DNA of 64,000 nucleotides from Cirrosporium novae-zelandiae (Eukaryota): NCBI GenBank assembly GCA_026023565.1, contig JAPETS010000017.1, positions 496,001 to 560,000 of the forward strand, read 5' to 3'. Shown piece by piece: positions 52,676 to 64,000 of this stretch (position 1 is its first letter; each line of letters starts with the position of its first letter). The notes under the pieces were generated by a model. It saw only the letters and a program-made list of their open reading frames with translations, ran no database searches and was not told where the DNA came from. The position numbers and the translations under genes were made by a program.

Positions 52676-55600
52676 AGGACATAATGGAAACGGTTAAGCT
52701 TGATATTCAGCCCAGAGGGTGGAGTTCTTCTAGGTTAATCTAGGGATATAGGGGCCAGGTAAGGCAGGCTCGTGGGTTATTACTGAGAACCGGCGCTCCA
52801 GGCGTCCAAAAACAAGCTGATGAAGGCGATGATTGTGATGCGTGCCCTCATTTTTCGAGGCGGCCTTGTAGGTACTACTGCTATCCCAAGGAATACTAGA
52901 ATTGATTCGAATGGTGGCTATTGAATCAAAATAATAGCGAAACATTACTGCATACCTGCCCAGCAAGCCTGTAATTGTAAGTTGATATTTTTTGGTGTTT
53001 CTATACACCGATTAGAGGTTAGGAGGTCATGGGGAAAGCTCTTGTCCACTGGCATTTTCTTAGCCCTAACAGCTAAGGGGGGGCTTTGCGGTGAGTCTCA
53101 CAGGTCTCATAGGCTGGTCACACCGCTGATTGAATCATGAATGTTGGAGGACGAACTGCCTTCAGAGGCTCATGAAATTAAGATTTGAGGCGTTTGAGCG
53201 CACGTACGTATCGAATGCTGTCTCGAGCGACCCCCCTGGTGTTCGGATGCTCATTTAGGACCAAGAACAAAAGAGGAAGGTCAGGGACCCGAATCAAGTA
53301 ATGGCCGTAATGACCATCATGACCTCGGCTGTCTGTGTGTAAGGGGTGACCCTGTTCTACGAAGATCTCGTTTTGAATTACAAGGGAAGATGCCTGAATA
53401 TTACAAAGTCAGAGGTTGGATTGTTTTCCTAGTGATTTCCAGTTGATTTCAAAGGTCAGATTGCTTTTTCAAGATGATATGGTGGAAAGGGTAAGGTGTG
53501 TGGTCTGTGTATCGAGTACAAAGTGCTTCTTTCTATCTAGAGTATCTATTCATCTATTCTGCTTGCACCCACCACGTGGAGTGGGAATGGTCCACGAAGA
53601 GGTTCAGATACAAGTGGGAAAGTGCGTAAAATCTGCAAACTCTTTCCTTACAATCCCGCTAGCGGCGAAAAACTCTGATCCCGCGTGCATTGGAGCCTTT
53701 TTCTTTTTTTTGTTTCCTTCTTTCGAAGTTTTCCTAACTATGTAATACTATACCCTGAAAAAAATTTCTCCGAAAAGGTCATTGGTTTGAGTAAATTTTT
53801 TTAATTTTCATGTTGCTTGCTACTTCCCACCAACAGTTTGATTTGTACAGTTGGACCGTGAAGTGCTTGTGGAGAAGACAAGTAGACAAAAATGCACCGA
53901 GTGTCTTTTACCATGGTCCAAGATAATGTCCAAGCATCCTGTTGAGAGACGACGGACCTTAGGGTTGCATCTTCCGTCTTACTACTTTTATCCTAAGCTA
54001 ACCGTACTTGGTTCATTAATCACCTATTGTTGCCTCAAGTGCTGAAGCTGTGGTACCCTAGACCTCGAATTAGGGGGAGGCACTGAAGGGTCATCATCAT
54101 AGTTGACCCTAAATTAACTCAAGGACCCTGACAGTGCGCTCTCTCTCTGTTTCTTTACTTACTTTTAGCTACTTTAGTAAGGTACCTACTTGTATCAATT
54201 CCATACAATACGTACTAACGATACGTGATATTGCAGTGCACAGATAGATATTTGCTCCAATCCCCAAGCGAATGACATGATTAATTTATGGCTGAGAGAG
54301 GGTAAAAAGTCATTGTATCATTTAGGAATTATTAGAAGGAAGGGGTGGATAGAACATGCCTTCAAAAAAAGTCCCACGCGAACCGCACAGCCAATGCGTC
54401 ACGCCCAAGCGAGGATCTCTCCACTTTACAATCCGGTTGGGTCAACCGGTTGGAGGGAACAAATGTAAGGTAGTAGTAGCTTGGTAGGAGCTGGTAGGAA
54501 GCTGGGAAGGTAGCCCACATGTTTGGGTCTTGGGTTTTTGGGGTTGAGGAGGGGAGAAGTAGAGGGGGGGGTTGTTGTTGCTGTTGAGGGCCTTGAAGGG
54601 TGCGTGGCACCCTGAGGCCTGACTGTTTCCTGCTAAGGAAGTGTGGGAAGCAGAAGCACCTGTTGGACCTTGGTAAATTGTTGGAAGACTGAGCAATGAG
54701 CATTATTTTGACCTATGAAAGATCAAGCATATCTAAATATCTTTACCCGATATGGGGTGGTCCGAATCGACGGTTCACTTGCTACATATGGTATGGATCT
54801 GAGGGGGATGGTGGATGATGGTGGACGATGGTGGACGGAGCATCATATCGCATTTCCTAACTCGCCTCCACCTCCCCTCCCTCTTTCTTAACCTTGGACC
54901 TCATACGACTCAAGAGCATCTAAGTGCTATGGTATACTATGATCCCTAGCATCCTCCTATTATTCAGCTATATTCCTGAGTTGAATTATAATTAGAAGAA
55001 TTTAAATGGATGTTATTGACAGATGTCAGTCAGTAAGAGTGTGTAAGTAATCTGCCTCAGGGTAACTAAAACCTGTAAGGGAAATTAACGGTAGTGACCA
55101 AGGCCAAGTATAGGTCCAAAGTATACTGAAGAGGTAATTATGGGATGTATTAGCATGTATTGAGGCGTATTGGCGCGTATTGGCGTATGAGAAAATTGCA
55201 GAGAAAATTCTGAGGTGAGCAAATGAACCAGTCAGCAGTTAGGTTTTTAGTGTTGGGGCCCTACAACGGAAGCAAAAGACCGACCAGACTCACACACAAG
55301 GTTACCAAGGGTTAGTTAATTAGTTGTATCCAGTTGGTAACAGTAAGAAAAAAAAAAATATGTTCAGGCAGAAGACTTCACACGAAATGTTCACGAGCGA
55401 ACAATGCAGCTTTGTTTCCCGGCTCCCTCTCTTTGTCTCTCACTGTCTCTCTCTAATTTTTTTAGCCCATTTAGCCCTTTAGCCCCATCGGTACAGCCAA
55501 GTTCGTCACCCAGTGACCACTACCAAAATAATTCATCTGAACTTGACTGGGCCAACTGAGTCTACTAGTTGCTGCCTCTAAGGTCAACCTTCAGGTCCTG

Positions 55601-56798
55601 CACCCTACTCTACTCTAACACCCTCCTTCGCCCAACTCCCAACTAACACTCACTCCTCTTCCTTGATCTCTCCCACCTTCTCTTTTTTCTTTCCTTTTCT
55701 TTCTCTTTTCTCCTCGAGCACCTCCTCCATAACAAAAAAATAATCCCCTCACACATTCATCCTCAAAAACTCCTCGAAATTTAGAAACGATACCCTTTTC
55801 TTTTCTTTCCTCTCCTCCTCTCGCTCCCCTGCTCGAGCTGAAGCGAGTGGTTCAACGGTCGCAGCCAATTTCCCGAAAGAAAACGAACCGACCTTTCCCC
55901 CCCCCCCCGGGCCGCAACACTTCCGCCAAAAAAATAATAATCCTCGCCTGAAGCACCATCCAGATTGTCTAGCAGAGAAATCTCAACCTCAAATTACATC
56001 TCGCAGGGCTGATTTCAGCTTCACCTCCTCCTTTTATCCTCTTAAAGGGTTCTCTTGGCTCCTATGGTTTGCTGACCCGAATTCCTCTTCGTCATCCGAA
56101 CAAAATCACCCACACGACAAACTGAAGCTTTGGCCTTACCCTTCCAAGTCCAGGTGTCACACCAGCTTATAAGCCTTCAATACCCGTGTGCTTTCGCGCC
56201 AGGCACTGGAAAGATTTACCATTCGATCATCCATCTCCATTGACTACTCCTGTAATTCACCCAAAATCGCGATTCTGGCTGATCTGCGATAATATCACCC
56301 ATCGAGGATTCTCTTCACCTAGTCTTGAACATACTTGACGAGCTTTTTGCTAAGACTTGTCAATTTTGGTCAACATTTTATCCCCCTGTCGACTCTTCAT
56401 ATAGGCTGTGCCTGTTCGCACCTCCGCTGAGTTGCAGTTATCCCGCGCATAACAGCTTACCATCTAGACTCGAGACTTGATATCCATTGTTTGGACCAGC
56501 ACCAAGGACCAATCAAGTGGCTCAAATAATTAAATCGTTTTCGACAGCGACTAATTTGCGAGAACAATATTTTTATTTTATTGTTTGTTACACGCCGATG
56601 GGCAGCATCTAAAAGGTTCACTGTGCTCAGCTCTATTGGGCGCGCGGAACGGAGATCGTTCTCGAAGTCTTGGGAAGTAAACGAGCAGGTGGTTCGTTTT
56701 CAAGATCTCAGCAACGACTTCTGTATTTACGCTAACTTGTTCAGTTTTTACGCCATCTCCTTTACTTCTCTTGACGGAGACATCTCTTCGTCCTGATC

Positions 56799-58274
56799 AT
56801 GCCTTCTTTCGCCCCTTGCCCTTACACAATGCCACATCAGCTACCCCCAACGCCGCCTGAGTACGTTCCGGGGTATGCTGCCAATCGCTGTAGTAGCACC
56901 CTCCCATCTGAACAAGCTTCCTATGCTGCACGAAATCCTGTTTCGAATAGGCGCTATGAGAAAGGAGGATTTGATTATCCAGACCAATATTACCCGTCAT
57001 CCTTTAATCGAAGTGCTCATTTTGCAGTTTATAATAACTCCAACTCCATGCAGCCAACTAAGAGCTTAGCCATCCGAGACCATAATGTTCCCAAGCCACC
57101 GAACAGGTTCGGCATGGGTTCTGTCCCAACTCTCCCACCTATCAACTCACAACCTCATCCACGAGTTGATGAGGTGATGAGCCAACACCATGGCTATAAC
57201 GATGGACGAACTCGGGTCGACGCACAGGCCAAGGAGGAGAAGCCGGTTGGAGGAGTAGCGGCGCATTTGGATTACGAAATGGAGCAGATGTCAGATTACG
57301 TGTCAGAGATGGCACAGGGAATGTATGATCTCTATGTCTCCAAGATCTGCCTTGCAGATATTGACATTATGCGAAGTGTTCAACCAGGATCATCCGTCTC
57401 CCCCCAGTTTCGAAAATATGTCCTACAGATTCTGTCTTCGACCCGTCTACCGAGCTCTACGATCTTACTTGGGCTATATTATTTGGCGACCCGCATGCGA
57501 AAGCTTTCAGCAGATGGAAAATACAAAGGTTCGACTGGTCAGGTCTATCGAATGCTGACGACGTCTCTTCTTTTGGGCAGCAAGTTTCTTGATGACAATA
57601 CATTCCAGAATCGGTCGTGGTCCGAGGTCAGCAGCATTCCCGTAAATGAGCTGAATACATTGGAACTTGAGTGGCTCGTCGCGATTGATTGGAATCTGCA
57701 CGTCGATCCTCATTGCCCTGAAGGTCTAATGCACTGGAAATCTCACTGGGAAACCTGGCGAGCTCGGGCTGAAGCAAAAAAGTCAGAATCCTTCAAGTTG
57801 GCACCTTTGGATACAAGTCTTCGCCGACAACGGTCGCTGAAGGTGCCATTTAGTACTGATTCAACCTATCCTCCTCAATACAAGGACTCTATGTATCCTG
57901 CCAATACTACATTTGACCGTCAGCAACAGGCTTTCCAACCACCGGTAAGATTTGACCAGTGGTTCCAAGCACGATCGTTCATGGAACATTCCCCTCCTTC
58001 GGCTTCTCACAGCGGTCCGACTACTCCCGAGTATTATTGCTCCGGTGCATGGGGATATTCTAATCCGCCTCCACCTTACACGGCTAGACCTGTTCCCATC
58101 ACAACACCAACTTTTCACACTCCTTCACAGCCCCCGTCCTACCAGCATACGCCCTATGTTTCGCAGTACATCTGGAACGGTCATAGTACCGGATGTGGCT
58201 GTTTACCTTGTCTACGTCAACAGGATCCATACTTTTTGGGGTCTCAGTTCAGCATCCAGCCCGTAGTCAGTTAG
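56799..58274 (+). CDS. CLG1: Pho85-type (Pcl/Clg1-like) cyclin
   Basis: Cyclin box FRKYVLQILSSTRLPSSTILLGLYYL..LLLGSKFLDDNTFQNRSWSEVS..LELEWL. Confidence 0.85.
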   Translation: MPSFAPCPYTMPHQLPPTPPEYVPGYAANRCSSTLPSEQASYAARNPVSNRRYEKGGFDYPDQYYPSSFNRSAHFAVYNNSNSMQPTKSLAIRDHNVPKPPNRFGMGSVPTLPPINSQPHPRVDEVMSQHHGYNDGRTRVDAQAKEEKPVGGVAAHLDYEMEQMSDYVSEMAQGMYDLYVSKICLADIDIMRSVQPGSSVSPQFRKYVLQILSSTRLPSSTILLGLYYLATRMRKLSADGKYKGSTGQVYRMLTTSLLLGSKFLDDNTFQNRSWSEVSSIPVNELNTLELEWLVAIDWNLHVDPHCPEGLMHWKSHWETWRARAEAKKSESFKLAPLDTSLRRQRSLKVPFSTDSTYPPQYKDSMYPANTTFDRQQQAFQPPVRFDQWFQARSFMEHSPPSASHSGPTTPEYYCSGAWGYSNPPPPYTARPVPITTPTFHTPSQPPSYQHTPYVSQYIWNGHSTGCGCLPCLRQQDPYFLGSQFSIQPVVS

Positions 58275-61200
58275 ATTCCCTTGTACGACACTTTTCATAT
58301 ATTCTGTGCGACTCGCTATATTGAGGCTACGGATGATCGGACTAGATCATCCGCATAAAAAGTGCTTTTCATAAAATTATAAAAAAAGAATCGGTCGCAG
58401 GTTAATTCCTATGAAACCTATCACACGATTCCCCTTGGTGTTAGTGCAACCGGAATTACACAGACAAAAGTCATTTCAACTTCAACTCATTTCGCTCTTC
58501 GATCGGCATAGCCTCCAAAATAAATCGACCGTCGGTTTGGTCATGGGCTTAACGACATACTTCGGATTCGACACATGTTACTCCATTCGATAGTTCACAG
58601 AGATTCCTTTCACAAAGTCTACGATTTCATCACGATTTTCTCAGGTCTTTTCGGTTTCATTGGCAAATAGATTTCACTTCAGTTACCCCCTATTTCCACA
58701 ACGTCTTTTTTTTTACATTGAAAATGTTCTCCGTCGGTTATCATGGAAAATTGGTGTTTAGGAATGTCTTCAGCGATGCGTGATTGTGGGTTAAGGGGGT
58801 TTATTTTCAGGGTGCAAATAAGAAGGATCATTCGAAGCGGGGTTTTTCACACTATTCTCGTTTGTATTGCCCAGGGATATGATGAGCGCAATACCGCCAA
58901 CATAAAATTGTTGGCATTAAAAGAAATATTGCTCAGGCTTGGGCCTTTTTTTCATTATTTGGACCACATAAAGGGGACCCAGTCTGGTGTTTTGTTATCG
59001 TCTCAGTTTGATTCCAACACACGAAACAACATAACACGCGTTCCCCATATCACAGACGCACATGGAAACGGCGCACGCATTTCATGGAAGTTTTTTTCTG
59101 CTTGTTTTTCTGTCTAATTTCCTCTCTTGCGAGCATGCATGACCTTTTTTCTACCTCCTATATTCTCAAATAAGAGAACTGGAGAGCATAGCTAACTTAA
59201 TGGCTACTTTTTTTTGTAATTACTTTGGCAGGAAGAAGGAATGGAGGGGATACAATTATTGAGGCTTTCAACATTTTCTCCCGAGGTTCTATTCGGGTTT
59301 AAGGGTAGTAAAGAGGGAATGGGGACAACGAAGGCCCAACATGGATGGGGCTTATGAACAGAGGGATTGGGGACTGGGAAAAGGTTGATTGAGAGCTGGG
59401 GATGGAGCGCTAGCTAGATCTAACTTACCCACGCTTGAGATGAGTTGAGAGCTCGTGAAATCCAGATCTTCTCTCTCCTTGGTTTCCACTATCTTATCTC
59501 CAGTTCTTGTACACCGTCTTAATCCCGTAGGTTGTAATAATATGCGTAGTAAAAGAGAAAAGGAAACACCCAATAATGAGAAAGCAAACTAACAGAATAA
59601 AAATAGCTCCTCCCATCTTTCCCGAGACACATTCTGTCTTGCCCATCTGTCTATTTGTTCGTCCGTGCCTGGTCCAAAACCCGCTCAAATTCAAAACCAA
59701 TATCCAGAGCTCTACTTTTTTCCTAAGAAACAAATGCCGTCACATGCATCCATACATTTATCGCCCCTCGCCTCTCATCTCCTTGCGAACCTTGTGGATG
59801 GATGCTGGTGTCGACTAACTACCTGGCTTACTCTGGGTCGTCCCGCCCCCCAATAACTAAAAGCCAAAAAAAATGCCACTGCTGATGTCCCTTAGTCTTT
59901 GGCTCCCTCGGAGGAGGCGGGGTGGGGATGAATAAAAAGGAATGATGACGATGGAGGCACACAAGCAACAGGCACGAAACATTTTATGCGAGTGTGGCCT
60001 GAGGGAATGGGGTCCGCATTTTTTTTTCCTGAGGATCCATCGGTCCCCTACTGTACACAGTAGTTAAGTTGTGTATTTTTTTTCATTGTTTTTATGTATG
60101 CATTGTATGGGCGAAGTAATGCAGTTACTGGTTTTGGAGGTCCTAAACTCATAACCCTAGGAGCCCAGGGGGGGGGAAGGGTTATTGTTTTTTTTTTTGA
60201 GCCTCCCCGGGGCCGCTTTTGTTGTGGAGAGTTTTGACCTGACCCCATGCACGGCTCGGGTTTGTGGATGACGAGGGTACTTGTGTAGGAGAATGGGATG
60301 GAGAAAAACTGATTTTGTTTTTTTCTTGTAATCTTTAGTTCTTCCTTGTTTCTCTGTTTCTTTTTTTCATTCCTTTTTTTTTTTAAAAAAAAAGGGATGA
60401 AAGAATCAATGGTTTATTCTCTTCCCATCATCCCCCCCGACATACATACAACATTCAAAATAGCATAGTCAATAAAAACAGAAAAGGGTTATCCATATAC
60501 CGTCATGTTACATAAACATGTAGGATGAATAGAATGAACAGAATGGGGGGTGTGTGTATATGTGTGTGTAGCCATAGACCAACCCACCCACCCACTCTAG
60601 GAATTATAGCATCTCTCTCTCTCTCTCCCTTCCGTACCACAAGCTCCTCACTAATTACTTAATTCAGCAAAAAAAAAAACAAGTAAACGGGCAAAGGCAA
60701 AGGCAAAATTTTTTTACTTACCTACTTTTGGTATCACGTCAGGTTGCAATGCATGCAAAATGCGGCGTAGCGGGAACGGAGTTAAAAAGCAGAGCCCCTC
60801 CACTCTTTTATCTCTTGCGGAACTAAACTCTAATGATAATGATGATTTTTTTTTAAAAAAAAGCGAATGTGAAAGTAAAAAAGGTAATTGATGGGATGTA
60901 CATAATGGACTTCGGTAAGTTTATTTTTTCACGGGTTGTGTCATATTCCATATTCCATATTCTACTACTACTATATTTATGGTGGGGTGAGTCGAGTGAG
61001 TGAGTCATGGAATACTAGTTAGTACCCGCACGTATGGAGGAGGGGGTTCCAGGCACTGTAGCTTGTGCACAAGCACTGGTGGGGTTCGTTGAATTGGGGA
61101 AGTACACAGTAGAGAGAGACGTTTAGGTGCCATGTGATATGATGGACTTGAGGCCCAGGGGGTAGGGGGGATAAAGGAACCGAAGCAAAGGGGAGGTGTT

Positions 61201-62036
61201 ATTTCCTAAGAATTCATTGTAATCAGAGCTCCTTCTATTTTCTGTTTAAAACCTATTTTTTTTTTTTCTTCTCACTATACTATAATATATAACCAATTTT
61301 ACTAAGCGGGGGGAGATTATTATAGATATAGCAAGTCGTGGACCTTGGTTGATGAATAGAGACAGATAGAACAACCGAAGAAGGTGATGATTACTCACAG
61401 TTTGCAGGTTTCCAGAATGCCTCAAGCATAAATGAAATAAGCCCGAGATTGAGTTGGAGCTCTTTATCGATATCGGTCTCGATTCTTATTTACCCTATCT
61501 ACGAGATGGTTGGGAGGCCTATTTGTATATTCATGATTACGGTTTCAACTATTTTATTCGCTCGCCGGCTTTGGTCGATGGCCCGGTTTATTTCTACTTC
61601 AGGGAGATCACATATTCTTCCAAATAATATAGCGTATTAGGTATTCGTTAGACTGGGCCTGAGGAAAGTCGAGTAGGAGGGGTTAGAACTATGCAAGATT
61701 TATCCCATTCCGGAATTTGGACGGATGAGGTATTACAATATCATATGGATATCTCATTCCATAGCCATCACGCCCATCAACACGATTCCAATGCCGTGAT
61801 CACAGGTTTCTATTGTATAATACATGCTTATTTTGCAGTCCCTTCACGACATCATTGCCAGAATCTATCAGATCACTAGCTTAAAAAAGGGTGGCATTAC
61901 GCAGAAAACCCTGGGTAGGGGCGCTCAAGCATAAAAATTGGTTGCTTACTCTACTTTGCTTGTATAACAAATCCTTCACTGGCTTATCATGCTATCAAAC
62001 TGCAATATTTTGCGGCAGCTCTTTTGGCCGAAGCAA

Positions 62037-63541
62037 TTATGCATAAAAGTTGACAGAATCCTTCTTCTTTGCCTGTACCTCGGAGATTGCATCGACATAG
62101 TGCTCATGATTGATCTTCGTACGTCCCTTTCTTAGTGCAATCATTCCCGCCTCAACGCAAACGGCCTTCAACTGCGCTCCACCAAACTCGTCCGTACTTC
62201 TTGCTAATTCAGCCCAATTCACATTCTCGTCGACAGTCATCTTTCGGCTGTGGATTCGGAGGATCTGGGCGCGGGCTTCCTCGTTGGGTAGAGGGAATTC
62301 AATCTTTCGATCCAAACGACCAGAGCGGAGAAGGGCAGGATCGAGGACATCAACACGGTTGGTGGCAGCAAGGACTTTGACACGATCATCCGAGGCGAAA
62401 CCATCGAGTTGGTTAAGGAGTTCCAACATGGTACGTTGTACTTCCCTGTCACCAGACTTCTCGCTATCGAAACGCTTCGTGCCAACGGCATCAAGTTCGT
62501 CAATGAAGATGATGGAGGGGGCTTTTTCTTTGGCGAGAGCGAAGCAATCGCGGACGAGCTTGGCCCCGTCACCGATGAACATTTGGACAAGTTGGGGACC
62601 AGCGAGTTTTAAGAATGTAGCATCTGTTTGGGCGGCACAAGCCCGAGCGAGGAGAGTCTTACCGGTTCCTGGTGGACCATACATTAGAGCCCCTGGGAAG
62701 ATGGTTAGGATGGTGGTGATACATAGAACGAGTAGATATAGATATACCTTTGGGAGCTTTAATGCCGATTTTCTTAAACCTTTCTGCTTCCTTCATAGGC
62801 CAGACAACAGCTTCCACCAGTTCCTCGATTTGTTTATCCAACCCACCGACATCTGTGTATTTCTCGGTTGGCTTTTCATCAACCTCCATCGCCTTAACTC
62901 GGCTGTCATATTCTGCAGGGAGCGTATCAAGGACGAGGTAGGAATCTTTGTTAACGCCAATAAGATCACCGGGTTTTAGTTTCTCGTGGTCCACGAGGCC
63001 GATAAGAGGAAGGAAAATGGTTTGTCGTGTAGATGTCTTGATGACCGCAGATTTTCCAACTCGAGTCGCATCTAAGTCAATGTTTGCCCCCTCTTCAGCT
63101 GCCTCTTTCTCAACATCCAAATCTAGGAGTTCAACTACATTACCGACAAGATAGGGTAGTTGCCTGAAAATAGGATAGTCAGCTAGAAGAACAATGTAAA
63201 AGTCTTAGACTGTTTTAATTTATCCCATACCTATTATTCTCAATCTTATCTAAGTTGTCTTTTATCTTCTCCTTCATTGCTGCTTGTTCGTGCGTTAATC
63301 GCTGGAACTCGCTTCTCATTATCCGCATGTCATTTTCTAGTAGCCGTCGTCTGTTGATAATATCTCTTGTGCTGGAGTGCAGAATTTCAGAGTCGAGAAT
63401 ATCGTCTTCGTCCTTTTCCTCTGTATCTGTCATCTTGGCATCGCCGCTTTGGTCTTGCTTCTTTATATCTCTGCCGTCCTTTCCACCCTGGTCCTTCTTT
63501 TCCTCACGCTCCATGTCATCAAGATCTTCGAGAGTAGACAT
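62037..63541 (-). CDS. RPT5: 26S proteasome AAA ATPase subunit 6A, 3 exons
   Basis: Motifs [51 protein letters not shown] and [13 protein letters not shown]. Two GT-AG introns. Confidence 0.97.
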
Positions 63542-64000
63542 AATCGCGGAGGTTTTGTTGGGATGGCTTTGAAAATAGTAGAAGTTTCAAGAAAGAGGAT
63601 CAATATTTATCTTAGAACGTGAAGTAATAAGAGATTTAACAAACCAGGAGAAGTTTAAAATATGGCAGTGTTGGTAGTAGTACTACAAAGACGTTTATGA
63701 AAAGCAGTTTGACGTCCCGGCCTTGAGGTCTACGTCCACTCGTAGCTGCTTACTAAATACAGACTAGCCTAATTAGCGAGTATAAGTCCATAACCCCCAT
63801 ACTCTCCAACCAACTATATAATCAGTTCAAGGGCAGACCAGCCCTTTTAAAAAAGTTTTTTACCTTGATTCAGAATTTCTCAGACCACTACAATTGTCCT
63901 AATAGCTTGAGGAGTTTTCAGCCTATTTCATAAACTTCAAAGTTGCTCCCAACTACCAGATGCCAACAAGAGTTTGTCATTTACCAAGTATTTGAATGTC

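Noticed and set aside
59000..62000. Short ORFs and homopolymer-rich DNA between the cyclin and RPT5
   Set aside because: Low-complexity intergenic sequence with no coherent gene model or terminal repeats.
62110..62979. 289-aa antisense ORF over RPT5, and similar antisense ORFs over AIM21, U2SURP, SCH9 and NPL6
   Set aside because: These are shadow ORFs expected from codon bias on the opposite strand; no independent motifs.

Overview
This is eukaryotic DNA from a filamentous ascomycete (Pezizomycotina-like). It has short GT-AG introns with CTRAY branch points and AT-rich intergenic regions full of homopolymers. I reconstructed gene models by hand. Recognisable genes are a SUN/GH132 glucanase, spermidine synthase (SPE3), an OMP decarboxylase (pyrG/URA3) with an in-frame TAA, an MFS transporter, U2SURP/SR140, a HAD hydrolase, NTF2, TVP18, AIM21, an F-box/LRR-like protein, SCH9, RSC7/NPL6, a Clg1-like cyclin and RPT5, plus several hypothetical proteins. 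Four signals stand out. (1) SPE3 intron 4 has a nested, stwintron-like layout in which removing a 56-nt internal intron rebuilds the outer donor. (2) A ~230-nt Pol III-type, tRNA-like structured RNA unit lies at 1744-1990. (3) The broken pyrG sits beside another stop-interrupted gene in a ~12-kb accessory block. (4) A secreted hypothetical protein shows an ADP-ribosyltransferase-like motif order. All calls come from reading the sequence alone; none was checked computationally. I saw no CRISPR array, rRNA or intact transposon.
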